This document shows positions 39,001 through 48,171 of a stretch of 64,000 nt of DNA, in pieces; position 1 is the first letter of the stretch, and each line of letters opens with the position of its first letter. Location: the NCBI GenBank assembly GCA_965227295.1, contig OZ245742.1:96001-160000 (forward strand), read 5' to 3'. The notes beneath the pieces were generated by a model that worked only from the letters and a program-made list of their open reading frames with translations, had not been told where the DNA came from and made no database searches. A program made the position numbers and the translations under genes. The stretch is from Leptonemataceae bacterium (GTDB lineage: Bacteria > Spirochaetota > Leptospiria > Leptospirales > Leptonemataceae).

Positions 39001-42000
39001 ATCCATCTGGGCACCGAAGCCGGCGCGTTCATTGTACGTGAGCGCACCGTTCACATTGCCGACGTCGTTCTCACCTTCGAACGTAAGCGCGCCGGTGAGG
39101 CCGGCATTCTCATTCCAGCCGAGCCCTAACTGTCCCGTGCCGACACCACCGGCGTCGAGGCCGTAGCCCAGGTTCACCCCGAACCCCGTCTCATCATTAT
39201 AACTCAGCCCGACTTTCACACCGCCGCTGGAATAACCGGCGTTGATCGAATTGCCACCGCGCTCGCTGACGTTAAAACCGATGCTCAGTCCGTCGCCCTG
39301 GCCGAGTCGACCGTACGCCCCCGCGCCGTTCTTATCGCTGTAACTGATGCCGACGCTGCCGTAATCACCGCCGACGCCGATGCTCGCGCCGAAGCCGTCC
39401 GCGTGCGTATACGAAACACTCGCATCAATGCCGACGAGCTGCGTCGCCATCAACGCCGTGTCGGCCATGCGCGCCACCGAGCCGAGTTCACCGCCTTCGT
39501 AGTAACCCTTCTGTGCCTGATAGCCGTACCACAGACCGGGATTGTTCGTCATCATGGACGCGCTGAAGGCGGTCGCATCCATCAACATGGGATTGTCGTA
39601 AAACGTATCGGCGAGCGGTTGGGCGATGCCCGGGCCGAACATATCGTTCGAAGCCGCACCGACAAGGCCGCCCATCGCCGCGCCGGCCAGCATGCCGATG
39701 GGACCGAGGGCCAGGCCGGCCATGGCGCCGAGGCCGCCGCCCATGGTCATGGACGCCATGGAGTTCGCGAGTTTACCCGTGGGACCGTTGCGCGCCGCCT
39801 TCGCGGCCATCTTCTTCTTAAGTTCACCTGTAAGTAAGCTACCGAATCCTTTGATGCCGGTAATGCGATCGATCTCGCTGCCCACCACCTGCCAGGCGTA
39901 ACCCTGCATCGCTTCTTCGACACTCGCGCCACCGAGCAACGCCGACACGAAACCCGCGGGAATGCCGGTCATCGTTTCCCAGTGCGCGGCGATATCGCCC
40001 ATGATCTGATTCTTCGCGTAATCAATGAAGGCGTCGCCGGCGCTCATGCCCCCGGCCATGGAAGTCATGAGCGACTTCAACATCGAAAACAGTTGCGCCT
40101 GATCTTGCTTCGCCTGGGACGAGAGCTTTTCGCCGAGTTGTTTCGAAGCGTGCGCCGTATTCATGCGCGCCTGCGCCGCGCTGAGCCAGTTCGCGGCGCC
40201 GTCGTAGAAAGCCTGCTTCACGGCCTCGCGTTCCGCCTGCACGGCGCCGAAGTCCCACTGTTCAAAAAGATCCCCGCCGGAAACGAGTTTCAGCGCTTCC
40301 GGCGGGGCGATGCGTACGATCTGCTCTCGCTGCACGGAGTCGTAGCCCGTGGTGCTCGTCAGGTCGCCGCCGTTCCAGGCGACCTGTCCGGTATCCACGC
40401 TGCGGTGCGCCACGACCGTGCCGTCGTCTAAAATCTTCACAGAAAAGTTCATGCGCGCCTGGCGTTCGAGGCGCTGTTGCATCTCCTCGTCGGTTTCCAG
40501 GCGCGTCGCCGAGGCGTTCTCCCAACCCGCCGGACGCAGCAACACCGGCACGTCCTCGTACGGATTGTACTCCACCTCCTGGCGCTCGTTCTGCACGTAG
40601 TCGCGTGACAGTATGGAATAAGCTTGATCGATCAACTGATCGCGCAGCTGTTCGGCTTCGTCGGCGACGGTGCGCGCGTAGGTGAAATTCAAGAGGCCGT
40701 TCAGTGAAGTATTCAGAGAGCCGGCCGCATCCTTGAGCAGACTCATGTCCGGCAGATTCGAACCGGGCTCGGTTGCCAGGGAATCGGCGTGTTCGCGCAG
40801 GCCGGTTGCGTCGCTGCTAATTTTCACTCGCTGAACATTAGCGGATTGCGCGGCGGTGACGAGTTGCGCCAGCTCCTGCGGCAGGCCCGCGTCCGAATCC
40901 TCGAGCGCCAGGGCCTTCGCCGCGCGGCGATCTTCGACATCGTCCCAGCGCGCCGAAGCATGCAAGAAATCCCGGCGTGTATCCTCGAACCAGGCGTCCC
41001 GCTGCGCCGTGATTTCGCTGCGACGCTGCGCATATTCCGCCGTCGCCTGAGAACGTACAGCGTCGGCCTCGGCCTGCCAGGCGGAATAATTGGCCGCGTA
41101 AGAACTGCTCTGCGCTTCCCAGGTTTGCAGCGCGGGCAGCAAATCATCCTGCCACTGCGTGATGACCGGATTCAGATCGTCGACGTACCCCTGCCAGGTG
41201 TCGGCGTTCGCCCGGGCGTTGTTGTCCGTGAGAACGTATGTGACCTCGAACTGAATGAACTGCTCCGGAACGAGATAGTACGAGACCGGATACGACGGAT
41301 CGCCGCACGGATCCAGGCGATTGTAACGAGTGATGCCGAAACAGCCGAACACCGTATGCATGAATGCGCTGTAGCGCTGGTCTCGCGTTTCGCCGATCTG
41401 GCGAAAGTAGATACCGGCGTCGGAGTACGAAAAGACGTTCGTCCCCGCATCGCTGGAGAGCGGCGGGTATGAGGGAGACCAACCGGCCGCGTAAGTACTG
41501 CTGATGGCAATGTCCAGGTGATCGCCGTAACCGCCCAACGAACGCAAGAAATCCAGCAACGGTTGCCGGTTGCCTTTCAGGTCCTCGACGATCGTATACG
41601 CTTCCTGGTACTCCCAGGGCATCACGTTCGGATCGCCCGCGGCCTTGTAGTACGACTGCGCGGCGTCCACGTTCACCCGATCGGCCCAGACCTGGCTCGT
41701 CGCCTCGGCCTCGGTGCGCCGGGTTTCCATGTAGCTCAGAATATTCGCGGCCACGGCGGACAGCGGATCGCCGTCGGCCAGGGCGCCGCGGACGTCACCG
41801 ATCAATTGCGCTAAGTCCTGCCCGGCGGCATTTAAGGTCGAGCCGTCCACGTCGCAATGATTGTCGGAGTCGCAGCTTTCCTCGTGAAACAGACCGCTGC
41901 TGTTCAGAAAAACTTCCATCTGATCCACCGTCGCCGCGATGGAATTGCGGACGTCCTGTTCGAGCTGCTGCATCACGCTCAGGTTTTCTTCGAACAGAGC

Positions 42001-42684
42001 TGCCTGACGTTCCAGTTCGGCCAGGGTGGATTGATAGTCCGCGTCGAGGGCGTTCAGTGCGTCGGCGAATTCGCCCAGACCGGCGCTCGCATCCGCCCGA
42101 AAGCGTTCTTCCCAGGCCCGACGCAGTTCTATTAACTCATCTTCCGTAAGACTTAGCGAGGTTTCGTCTTGAGCGCGGCGTTCTTCGCGCTCCGCCTCCG
42201 TAAGCGCGGCCTGCGCATCGTCACCGGCGCTTTGCTCTTGTTGCGCGGCCAGATCGTTCAGAAAGGCGGCGCGCTCCGCGGCGAAGTAAGCGTCGGCTTC
42301 CAGTTCCCAGGCGGCGAAGGCGCTGCCCTTTTGGACGTCCAGTTCCGCGCGCAGATAGTCGCGATAGGCGTCCACGTCGTGCACGGCATCCGAGGCACTG
42401 ACGCTCGCCAGGTAACCGTCAATCTCGGCGTCGACGGCGGCTTCCCACTCCGCCGCGAGGACGATGCGCCCTTCCCGGACAATCGCCTCCCAATCCCTGA
42501 TCGAAGAACTGACGGCGGCCCGGCCGCCCAGGCTGGAAAGGCCGCCGGGGTCGGTCGGCGGCGGTGTCAGTTCCGGAAGCGGCTGGGCCGGCAAACGCGA
42601 GAACGGGGCAACGGTCCAGGCGAGTGTCGTAACGACCAGCACCGCGGCCATCCATCGTTTGTGAAGAGTCCGGTTCTTGTTCAT
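36049..42684 (-). CDS. TIGR04388-like giant protein with polymorphic-toxin Hint domain and C-terminal kinase-like toxin
   Basis: Signal peptide; DWEAIVREG..L.AEWE N-terminal pattern; coiled coils; Gly-rich hydrophobic and beta-repeat regions; Hint CLISGT...YNIEVAGDHNYFAG..LVHN (36712-37119); kinase motifs in the last 220 aa. Confidence 0.88.
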   Translation of the reverse strand: MNKNRTLHKRWMAAVLVVTTLAWTVAPFSRLPAQPLPELTPPPTDPGGLSSLGGRAAVSSSIRDWEAIVREGRIVLAAEWEAAVDAEIDGYLASVSASDAVHDVDAYRDYLRAELDVQKGSAFAAWELEADAYFAAERAAFLNDLAAQQEQSAGDDAQAALTEAEREERRAQDETSLSLTEDELIELRRAWEERFRADASAGLGEFADALNALDADYQSTLAELERQAALFEENLSVMQQLEQDVRNSIAATVDQMEVFLNSSGLFHEESCDSDNHCDVDGSTLNAAGQDLAQLIGDVRGALADGDPLSAVAANILSYMETRRTEAEATSQVWADRVNVDAAQSYYKAAGDPNVMPWEYQEAYTIVEDLKGNRQPLLDFLRSLGGYGDHLDIAISSTYAAGWSPSYPPLSSDAGTNVFSYSDAGIYFRQIGETRDQRYSAFMHTVFGCFGITRYNRLDPCGDPSYPVSYYLVPEQFIQFEVTYVLTDNNARANADTWQGYVDDLNPVITQWQDDLLPALQTWEAQSSSYAANYSAWQAEADAVRSQATAEYAQRRSEITAQRDAWFEDTRRDFLHASARWDDVEDRRAAKALALEDSDAGLPQELAQLVTAAQSANVQRVKISSDATGLREHADSLATEPGSNLPDMSLLKDAAGSLNTSLNGLLNFTYARTVADEAEQLRDQLIDQAYSILSRDYVQNERQEVEYNPYEDVPVLLRPAGWENASATRLETDEEMQQRLERQARMNFSVKILDDGTVVAHRSVDTGQVAWNGGDLTSTTGYDSVQREQIVRIAPPEALKLVSGGDLFEQWDFGAVQAEREAVKQAFYDGAANWLSAAQARMNTAHASKQLGEKLSSQAKQDQAQLFSMLKSLMTSMAGGMSAGDAFIDYAKNQIMGDIAAHWETMTGIPAGFVSALLGGASVEEAMQGYAWQVVGSEIDRITGIKGFGSLLTGELKKKMAAKAARNGPTGKLANSMASMTMGGGLGAMAGLALGPIGMLAGAAMGGLVGAASNDMFGPGIAQPLADTFYDNPMLMDATAFSASMMTNNPGLWYGYQAQKGYYEGGELGSVARMADTALMATQLVGIDASVSYTHADGFGASIGVGGDYGSVGISYSDKNGAGAYGRLGQGDGLSIGFNVSERGGNSINAGYSSGGVKVGLSYNDETGFGVNLGYGLDAGGVGTGQLGLGWNENAGLTGALTFEGENDVGNVNGALTYNERAGFGAQMDFSTGGEGVHDLLTGDGKIRWDETNGLSASFDGAGYTAGYDAQDGWSGGFQQKVGDLSFGYDSKDGWGANLSGKKEDLFDYNDRDGLSSPYLDKVAEDLEQRADEFRQLGDLGKQIDELEDLFKNPGDHVDLDPFGDEPFGSVPDDVAGVWDDWFGNGDSDGGATDGGYNPGDIVVEPPEGGEVAGGGSPVTERGSENYKQQLRETYEVTPDNLANIERVMQECRSQSGAGSEALLAQMACYDRIFDESEVGIAHFDIYRAAGASQSNQVSPGKDTYEPEFYKYIQDVAYSEEHTDRYLSGGVMPFGSFVDLIQKKERDIARARQEGREPEPALLEYVRDAREDLAAELCRAKVGCLLSKDEIQDTALEDYERLLNDAGLSDTLFTWRVEASINGDNGKPREFDAVVTDFLHESAVGRNILKYQQHFQTMQTERIALQRQLREALKAEAEENIAVDDRLAGYENSRQSEREQGLVDEYLEYAVEVGRSILKAITDAPGELAERVREFRDELTNFLNDPLDSEKFFSFMKSTSDLGGDPILGTLINLNPAIGQVLGRFVGVADLVTGTREGDPFTAVMGAWSMASGTRIGNYLEGAAAKGVGAVAGKIVEKGRAKLDKIGVLPCKSCSSCLISGTPILTPDGQRKIDDLEVGDSVIAYDTATGSPREQKVTHVFRDITLVWYEIRVGEDTLTVTDNHPFWMEERGVWVAAKDLTVGDRLRPIDGELAAIQSIKARQLERSEPIYNIEVAGDHNYFAGDAAWLVHNQNSSSSSGCIRCLASGINITLKKLRGTVSDAGWQGNGHYKNVYKIEGQPGKVLGVVKNPLYLAEDDALRLIGEEIANLKKLRNHVEGMKNIEVVNFEAVARSTPCPTSIPAKTCYGYVMDYVDPATHLKFSKHSLKEFFEDSAKLPTPEAREKFLESLKDLRDSFDKEGLTVQDLQGFYDEKQRKFILSDPLEMAAGFEPGKSGNVISINAFLDEMGFPR

Positions 42685-42786
42685 AGCCCGCTCCGCCGTC
42701 GGCAGCTACCGGCGACACGAGCAAGCATAGACGATGTGGAAGAACCGGCGCAAGGACCGGCGGTTACAGGGTTGTAACCTTTCGTT

Positions 42787-43821
42787 TCAGCCGTCTGCGG
42801 ACGATGAAACCCGCCGCCCGGGACTCTCCCCGTACCAACGACGATAGGCGCGGTGAAACGAACTGCGCTCCGAGAAACCGAGCAAAAGCGCCGTCTCTTC
42901 CTGGGGAATGCCGAGTTCGCGCAGATACAGGTCGCTCAAGTCCCGACGTAAATCGTCGAGAATTTCTTTGAACGAAGTGCTCCGCTCGCGCAGTTTGCGA
43001 TAGAGCGTAACACGCGACATCTGCAACTCCTGAGCAATGAACTCCACGCCGCCTTCGCCGTTAGGCAGGGCGTCGAGCAAAAGACTACGGATGCGCTGGA
43101 CGAGATCCCGGTTGCCGCTCAAATTCTCCGCCAGTTGTCGCGCACGGCCGCTCAGCAGTTTCTTCAGATAATCGTTCGGTGCGGGGTTCGTGCGATCCAG
43201 GATCGCGGCATCGAAGAGGATCTCGTTCGCATCGCAGCCGAAGTGTACGGGCACGCCGAAGAACTCTTCAAAGTCCGCGGCCCACTTCGGCTCCGGATAC
43301 CGGAAGCGCACCTCCAGGGGCGGGACGCGATCCCGCACGAGGCCCTCGGCCCAGGTCACGGCGGCGGCCAGACTGCGGTCCACGCTCCAGTGCGTATAGT
43401 AGCGCGCGTGAACATTTTCGTAGCGGTAGCGAATGACGCCGTCGACTACGTCATAACGAATGCGATCAACTTCGTTGGTGAGACCGAAAAAACGCACGCC
43501 GACGTTCAGCGCCTCGCGCACGGTTTCGCAGGACAGAACAAAGTTTGCGAGAACGCCCATGGACTTCGGGCGCATGAGCCGGCCCACTTTCAGCGCGCAC
43601 AACGGATCTCCGCTCTGTTCGTAGAGAAGATTCCACAGACGCACGGCTTTTTCCGCACCGATGCGTCCGTCCAGACGCTCGAAGTCCGTCGCCGCAATGT
43701 TGCAGCGTTCTTCAATGAATTCAGGCTGCGCCCCGGCTTCGAGGAGCGCGTCGTAAACATCCAGGAGCTGCGCGGCCGAAACACTGAGTTCGTCCGTCCC
43801 GGACACGGAATCGTCCATCAC
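42787..43821 (-). CDS. AraC family transcriptional regulator (OruR/VqsM-like)
   Basis: MSRVTLYRKL..TSFKEILDDLR, ALLLGFSERSSFHRAYRRWYGESP. Confidence 0.95.
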   Translation of the reverse strand: MMDDSVSGTDELSVSAAQLLDVYDALLEAGAQPEFIEERCNIAATDFERLDGRIGAEKAVRLWNLLYEQSGDPLCALKVGRLMRPKSMGVLANFVLSCETVREALNVGVRFFGLTNEVDRIRYDVVDGVIRYRYENVHARYYTHWSVDRSLAAAVTWAEGLVRDRVPPLEVRFRYPEPKWAADFEEFFGVPVHFGCDANEILFDAAILDRTNPAPNDYLKKLLSGRARQLAENLSGNRDLVQRIRSLLLDALPNGEGGVEFIAQELQMSRVTLYRKLRERSTSFKEILDDLRRDLSDLYLRELGIPQEETALLLGFSERSSFHRAYRRWYGESPGRRVSSSADG

Positions 43822-43872
43822 GAGATATCATAGCGGGGGAGGCCGGATTTCCGACAAGTAAAATCACCGGGC

Positions 43873-44748
43873 TTACTTGAGATGTTTTAACTTGTCCGGA
43901 TTCAACATGCTGTACACCGCGCCGATCCTCTCCCCGTCCGTCTCGAACCACAGCGCACAATAGACGCGGCCGTCCGTGCGCAACACCACGCCCGGGCAGC
44001 CGTTAATGATGGCGGCGTCGCCGGAAACGTTCGGTGGTTGCATGGAGTAGACGCCCACAAAAAACTTCGCGGCGTTTTCGAAACCCGTAATAATGTTCCG
44101 GGCCGCGTTGACCTTGCCGCCGCCGTCCGTGGCCACTCTAACATCATCTGAAAGGATATTTGCAAACGCGCCGACCTCACCGCTCTGACAGGCCGCAAGA
44201 AAGGCCTCCAACAATCGCCGACCCTCCTCCGCCCCGGGCCGCACGTGTTTGCGTCGCCGCTTCGCCACGGCCTGGCGCGCGCGATGCAGAATTTGCCGGC
44301 AGTTCTCCGGAGTTTTCTCCACCACCTCCGCAATCTCGTCGAAGGGCGCGTCGAAACTCTCGCGCAACAGATACACGGCGCGTTCCACCGGCGACAGCGC
44401 CTCCAGCACGATCAAAAAAGCCGCCGACAGATTGTCCCGCGTCTCTAACATATTTTCAGGGGAACTTTGATCCACCGAGACCACCAGGGGCTCGGGCAAC
44501 CAGGTCCCCGGATATACCTCCCGCTGCGATCGGGCCGAACGCAAGACGTCGATGCAGCGCCGTGTTACGATCGTGCGCAGGAAACCCGCCGGATTGCGAA
44601 CGGCCGCCGTATCCTGTTCCAGCCAGCTCACGCAGGCATCCTGCAAGACGTCCTCGGCCTCCATGACGCTGCCGAGCATACGATAGGCCACGCCGAATAA
44701 CATCGGCCGGTGTTCCGTGAATACCTTTGAGCTCATTTTTTGCACCAC
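43873..44748 (-). CDS. sigJ: ECF41 (SigJ-like) RNA polymerase sigma factor with SnoaL-like C-terminus
   Basis: FGVAYRMLGS..AEDVLQD, YPGTWLPEP, DGGGK, NPDKL signature motifs. Confidence 0.93.
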   Translation of the reverse strand: MVQKMSSKVFTEHRPMLFGVAYRMLGSVMEAEDVLQDACVSWLEQDTAAVRNPAGFLRTIVTRRCIDVLRSARSQREVYPGTWLPEPLVVSVDQSSPENMLETRDNLSAAFLIVLEALSPVERAVYLLRESFDAPFDEIAEVVEKTPENCRQILHRARQAVAKRRRKHVRPGAEEGRRLLEAFLAACQSGEVGAFANILSDDVRVATDGGGKVNAARNIITGFENAAKFFVGVYSMQPPNVSGDAAIINGCPGVVLRTDGRVYCALWFETDGERIGAVYSMLNPDKLKHLK

Positions 44749-44817
44749 CGAGGCTCGATGGAAAATCCTCTTAATAAGTCGTCACAAAACCGCCTCCGTG
44801 CGGTTTCGAGACCAGCT

Positions 44818-46158
44818 CTAAGCCACTAACTTCTCGTGCGCGCTGCTTAACACGGCCCCCGCCGCCGCTCGGGCCGAGGCGCAGGCCGCGTCCGCCAGCA
44901 TGCCCTCGTCGCCGGCCCAGTCACCCGCAAAAAAGATCCCCGGCACTTCGTCCCAAACCACCGCCGGCCGACCCGCGAGGCCCCCGCGCCGGTAGTCCGG
45001 CAGACCGTGGGATACAGTCATCTTCGGCAGGAACTGCTCCGCCTCGACGTCGTCCCGCCAGCCGGGGGCCAGACGATCCATAAGGTCCTCGATCTCCCCG
45101 CGCCAGGCCGCCGCATCGCCGCCTTCGGCGTGCGAAAGATACTTCGCGGCGTGCAACATGATGCGCCCCTCCGGCTGCAAGCGCGCGGCGTACGAATGCA
45201 CCGAAAAGTACAGGTTGCGATCGAAGTCCAGGGTCACGGCCGTGCGCTCGCTTAACTTAAGCAGACCCAGATCTAACGAAGCCAGCCGCGCCGGCACGAG
45301 ATCATCGAACGCGGACGGCACCGGCAAATCCCCCGCGCGCAGAATCCGCGCGATCACCGAAGGCGCACAGGCGAAGATCACGGACGCGGCGCCGTAGGCT
45401 CGACCATCGTCGCCATCGCCCGAAAGCACGAAGCCGCCGTCTACAGACCGCCGGAGCGCCGCTATGCCCGTACCTTCACGCAACTCCACGCCGGCGGCAA
45501 CAACCGCCGCGCGCAGATTCTCCACAAAACTCTGCCAGCCATGATCGACGTAGTACACCCCGCCCGCGGCCATACGCATTTGTTTGATCGCGGCGTCGGC
45601 GCTGAGTACGTCCATATCCGCGGCATAGGTGGAGAGTCTCGCAATGCCCTCGAGGAACGCGCGGGCCACGGGCGAGGCCGTGCGTCGTTCGACCCAGGTG
45701 CGAAAGCTTTCGAACCGACGTTGCTCCGGATTGTCGCGGAAGATGGCGGCATAACTTTTCAAAATACCCCACTTGTCGTGCAGACTCATGCGACCGTTCA
45801 TGAGAATCGTGGGCGCGGAGTACGGCAGATCATACAACTCCCCGCTTTGAATGAACCGACTGCCGGCAATGCCCGGCAACTTACCGGACCAGTCAATGTT
45901 CAGCTCTTCCAGGATCCGGCGCGCCGCGCCGTCTTTGTACAGGGCGTGCGGGCCGAGATTCATCACGAAACCGTTGCGTTGTTTGCTGCGCGCCCGACCG
46001 CCGACGTCCGTACTGCGTTCGAACAACGTAACCTGTCGACCGGCGCGCGCCAGGTAGAGCGCCGCCGTTAAACCGGCCACTCCGCCGCCGATCACCGCGG
46101 TGCGGCCCGGCGCGTTGCCGTTGCTTTCTAAAGATTTTTTTGAATTCCGGTGGACCAT
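44818..46158 (-). CDS. FAD-dependent oxidoreductase (phytoene desaturase-like)
   Basis: VIGGGVAGL, GGRARS, NLGPHALY, FFAGDW; GGAGG Shine-Dalgarno before ATG 46158. Confidence 0.92.
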   Translation of the reverse strand: MVHRNSKKSLESNGNAPGRTAVIGGGVAGLTAALYLARAGRQVTLFERSTDVGGRARSKQRNGFVMNLGPHALYKDGAARRILEELNIDWSGKLPGIAGSRFIQSGELYDLPYSAPTILMNGRMSLHDKWGILKSYAAIFRDNPEQRRFESFRTWVERRTASPVARAFLEGIARLSTYAADMDVLSADAAIKQMRMAAGGVYYVDHGWQSFVENLRAAVVAAGVELREGTGIAALRRSVDGGFVLSGDGDDGRAYGAASVIFACAPSVIARILRAGDLPVPSAFDDLVPARLASLDLGLLKLSERTAVTLDFDRNLYFSVHSYAARLQPEGRIMLHAAKYLSHAEGGDAAAWRGEIEDLMDRLAPGWRDDVEAEQFLPKMTVSHGLPDYRRGGLAGRPAVVWDEVPGIFFAGDWAGDEGMLADAACASARAAAGAVLSSAHEKLVA

Positions 46159-46183
46159 GTTCCAACCTCCTGTCACAGCGAAT

Positions 46184-46210
46184 GTCGAAACAGGAGCGCA
46201 GACTGTGACA
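46184..46210 (-). promoter_or_regulatory. ECF41-dependent promoter TGTCACA-N16-CGAC
   Basis: Minus strand reads tgtcaca gtctgcgctcctgttt cgac, one mismatch from the ECF41 consensus TGTCACA-n16-CGTC, upstream of the oxidoreductase-sigJ pair. Confidence 0.8.
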
Positions 46211-47986
46211 TCATCCGAAAAAAAAATCACATCGTTTTTATTGAGCATGATTCTACCGCCCCTGCTCTTCGGCGCGGCCTGCTCGGGTTCTCAGGAGCGC
46301 GGCGGTGTCGACCCGGGCGAGGGCACGCCGCAGGAATCGACGAACGGTTACAACCTGGAAGGAGCGGCCTTTCGTACGCTGGAGGGCATCGTCGACACGC
46401 GCCGCAGCGGCGAGGCCTGCGAACCCGGTTGCGTCTCCGGCGACTGCGAGAACGGCGGCGGAACCTACGTCTATCCCAACTGCGCGGCCTACGCCGGCGG
46501 CTGGTCCGCGGGTCGCCGTAGCGGAGCCGGCGCGCATCTCTACGAAAACGGCGACCGGTACGCCGGCGGCTTCAAAGACGACCGGCGCGATACCAGCGGC
46601 AAGGCCGACGCCCTCTACGGCTTCGCGTCGGGGGATCGTTACAACGGCGCTTTTCGGGACGGTCGGCCCACCGGTCAGGGGACGTATACTTTCCAGGACG
46701 GCCGTGTGTTCCGCGGCAACTTCGATCAGAGCGGCACCGGCACCGGCACGCTGAGCCTGCCGGATGGCGGCAAACGCGACTGCACGTTGCGCGGCGCCGT
46801 CCTCGATTGCGCGGAGCCGGCGAAGACCACAAAGCCCGCTGAGACCGAAGCAAAGAAAACAGAGCCCACCGACAATACCTCCGCGTTCGTTCCGGACCGC
46901 GGCTACGTACTCGTGCTCTACGCCCCGCAGGATGCCGTCGTAACTCGCAACGGCAAACAGTTAAGCACCGGCGCCGGCATGGCCCTGTATCCCGGTGACA
47001 CCATCGAATCCCGGGCCACACCGGTGGAGCTCCAGGCCCGGGACGGCGTGGCCCTGCGCCTGCGTCCGTTTTCCATTCTCTACATTCCGCCGGACGCCAA
47101 TCAAAGCCGTACGCTCATTCTCCGCCAGGGCGGCGTGCTCGCGGACTACGACTCCGAAAAGGGTGATCCGCCGTTCCGCATCAAAGCCGCCGGTGCCAGG
47201 TTCGATGTGGACGGCACCACCTTCGTCGTGGAGATCGACGGCGAAAAAGGCACGGCGAAGGTCCGCGTTTTGGAGGGCCGGGTTCGCATGCGTCCGGATG
47301 TGGAAGCCCTGGAGGAAGCGCGCAAGGAAGCCGCAAAGAATCCCGACAGTCCCGAGGCCCAGGCCGCTTTGATTGCCGCCGAAGAAGCCGTCAAAGCCGC
47401 CGAGGTGAACGTCAGTGAAAACGAGGAGGCCGAGTTCGACGAGGCCGACCAGCGCCGCACGAAAGACCTGAACGAGGCCGTGCAGGAAATCCGCAACGCC
47501 CGGGAAAGCGGCGCCGACTCCGGAGCCGCGGCGGAAAGTCTAACTTCCGCCGCCGAACAGTTAAAGAATGCACCGCAGACCGAACCGAAAAAGTTCGAAC
47601 CGGACCCGCGCGAAGTCGGCGAACGTCGACTCATCATCTCGGTGGACAACGCCATCTTCAATCGCGCCCTGTCCGAGCAACGCGGCGGCAAAGAGGCGTC
47701 GGCGAGTACGCGGGATCGCGTCGGCAAGGCCTACGACGAGAGCCTGGACAAAGCCGCGAACAAACTCGAGCAAGACCTGGCCGATCCGAGCATAAAAACC
47801 CGTGAAGACCTGCTCAAACGGTACGAAATTCTGGAAATCGTTGTCTTTCGCAACGGAGACGAAAAGGCCGGCTCCATCGTCGCGCAGGCGGGAGAGATTT
47901 TGATTCTGCACGCCCTGGATGGAGTCTTCCGCGTAAATCGCGATGAGATCAAACACGTGGACTTTTTGGATGTAGAGCAGGAATAA
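46205..47986 (+). CDS. lipoprotein with MORN repeats and FecR domain
   Basis: AGGAG before GTG; lipobox GAAC; MORN repeats; LYPGDTIES, VDGTTFVV, VRVLEGRV (FecR). Confidence 0.85.
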   Translation: MTSSEKKITSFLLSMILPPLLFGAACSGSQERGGVDPGEGTPQESTNGYNLEGAAFRTLEGIVDTRRSGEACEPGCVSGDCENGGGTYVYPNCAAYAGGWSAGRRSGAGAHLYENGDRYAGGFKDDRRDTSGKADALYGFASGDRYNGAFRDGRPTGQGTYTFQDGRVFRGNFDQSGTGTGTLSLPDGGKRDCTLRGAVLDCAEPAKTTKPAETEAKKTEPTDNTSAFVPDRGYVLVLYAPQDAVVTRNGKQLSTGAGMALYPGDTIESRATPVELQARDGVALRLRPFSILYIPPDANQSRTLILRQGGVLADYDSEKGDPPFRIKAAGARFDVDGTTFVVEIDGEKGTAKVRVLEGRVRMRPDVEALEEARKEAAKNPDSPEAQAALIAAEEAVKAAEVNVSENEEAEFDEADQRRTKDLNEAVQEIRNARESGADSGAAAESLTSAAEQLKNAPQTEPKKFEPDPREVGERRLIISVDNAIFNRALSEQRGGKEASASTRDRVGKAYDESLDKAANKLEQDLADPSIKTREDLLKRYEILEIVVFRNGDEKAGSIVAQAGEILILHALDGVFRVNRDEIKHVDFLDVEQE

Positions 47987-48001
47987 ATCACATTCCGTGC
48001 G

Positions 48002-48053
48002 CCAGGTTTTTCAGACTCTCCGGATTGGGAAAATCGTATACGTCGATCTGCCC
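48002..48053 (-). repeat. 52-bp direct repeat (flgG-like remnant) of 57357-57408
   Basis: 47/52 identical by manual alignment; encodes GQIDVYDFPNPESLKNL versus GRIDVYDFPNPEGLKNL. Confidence 0.9.
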
Positions 48054-48171
48054 GATGCGGTTTGCGGGGGTTCGCAGCCGGAAATTGGTTGTCACGCGAC
48101 CCGCGCAGAACCATGCCGCTATCGTGAAACCTGATAGCATCCGGCATGAGTCTGTCCGGAAAGCCATCCTC

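Noticed and set aside
46218-46226. A9 homopolymer at the start of the FecR/MORN gene as a phase-variation tract
   Set aside because: It is in frame, encodes Lys residues of the signal n-region, and there is no evidence of length variation.
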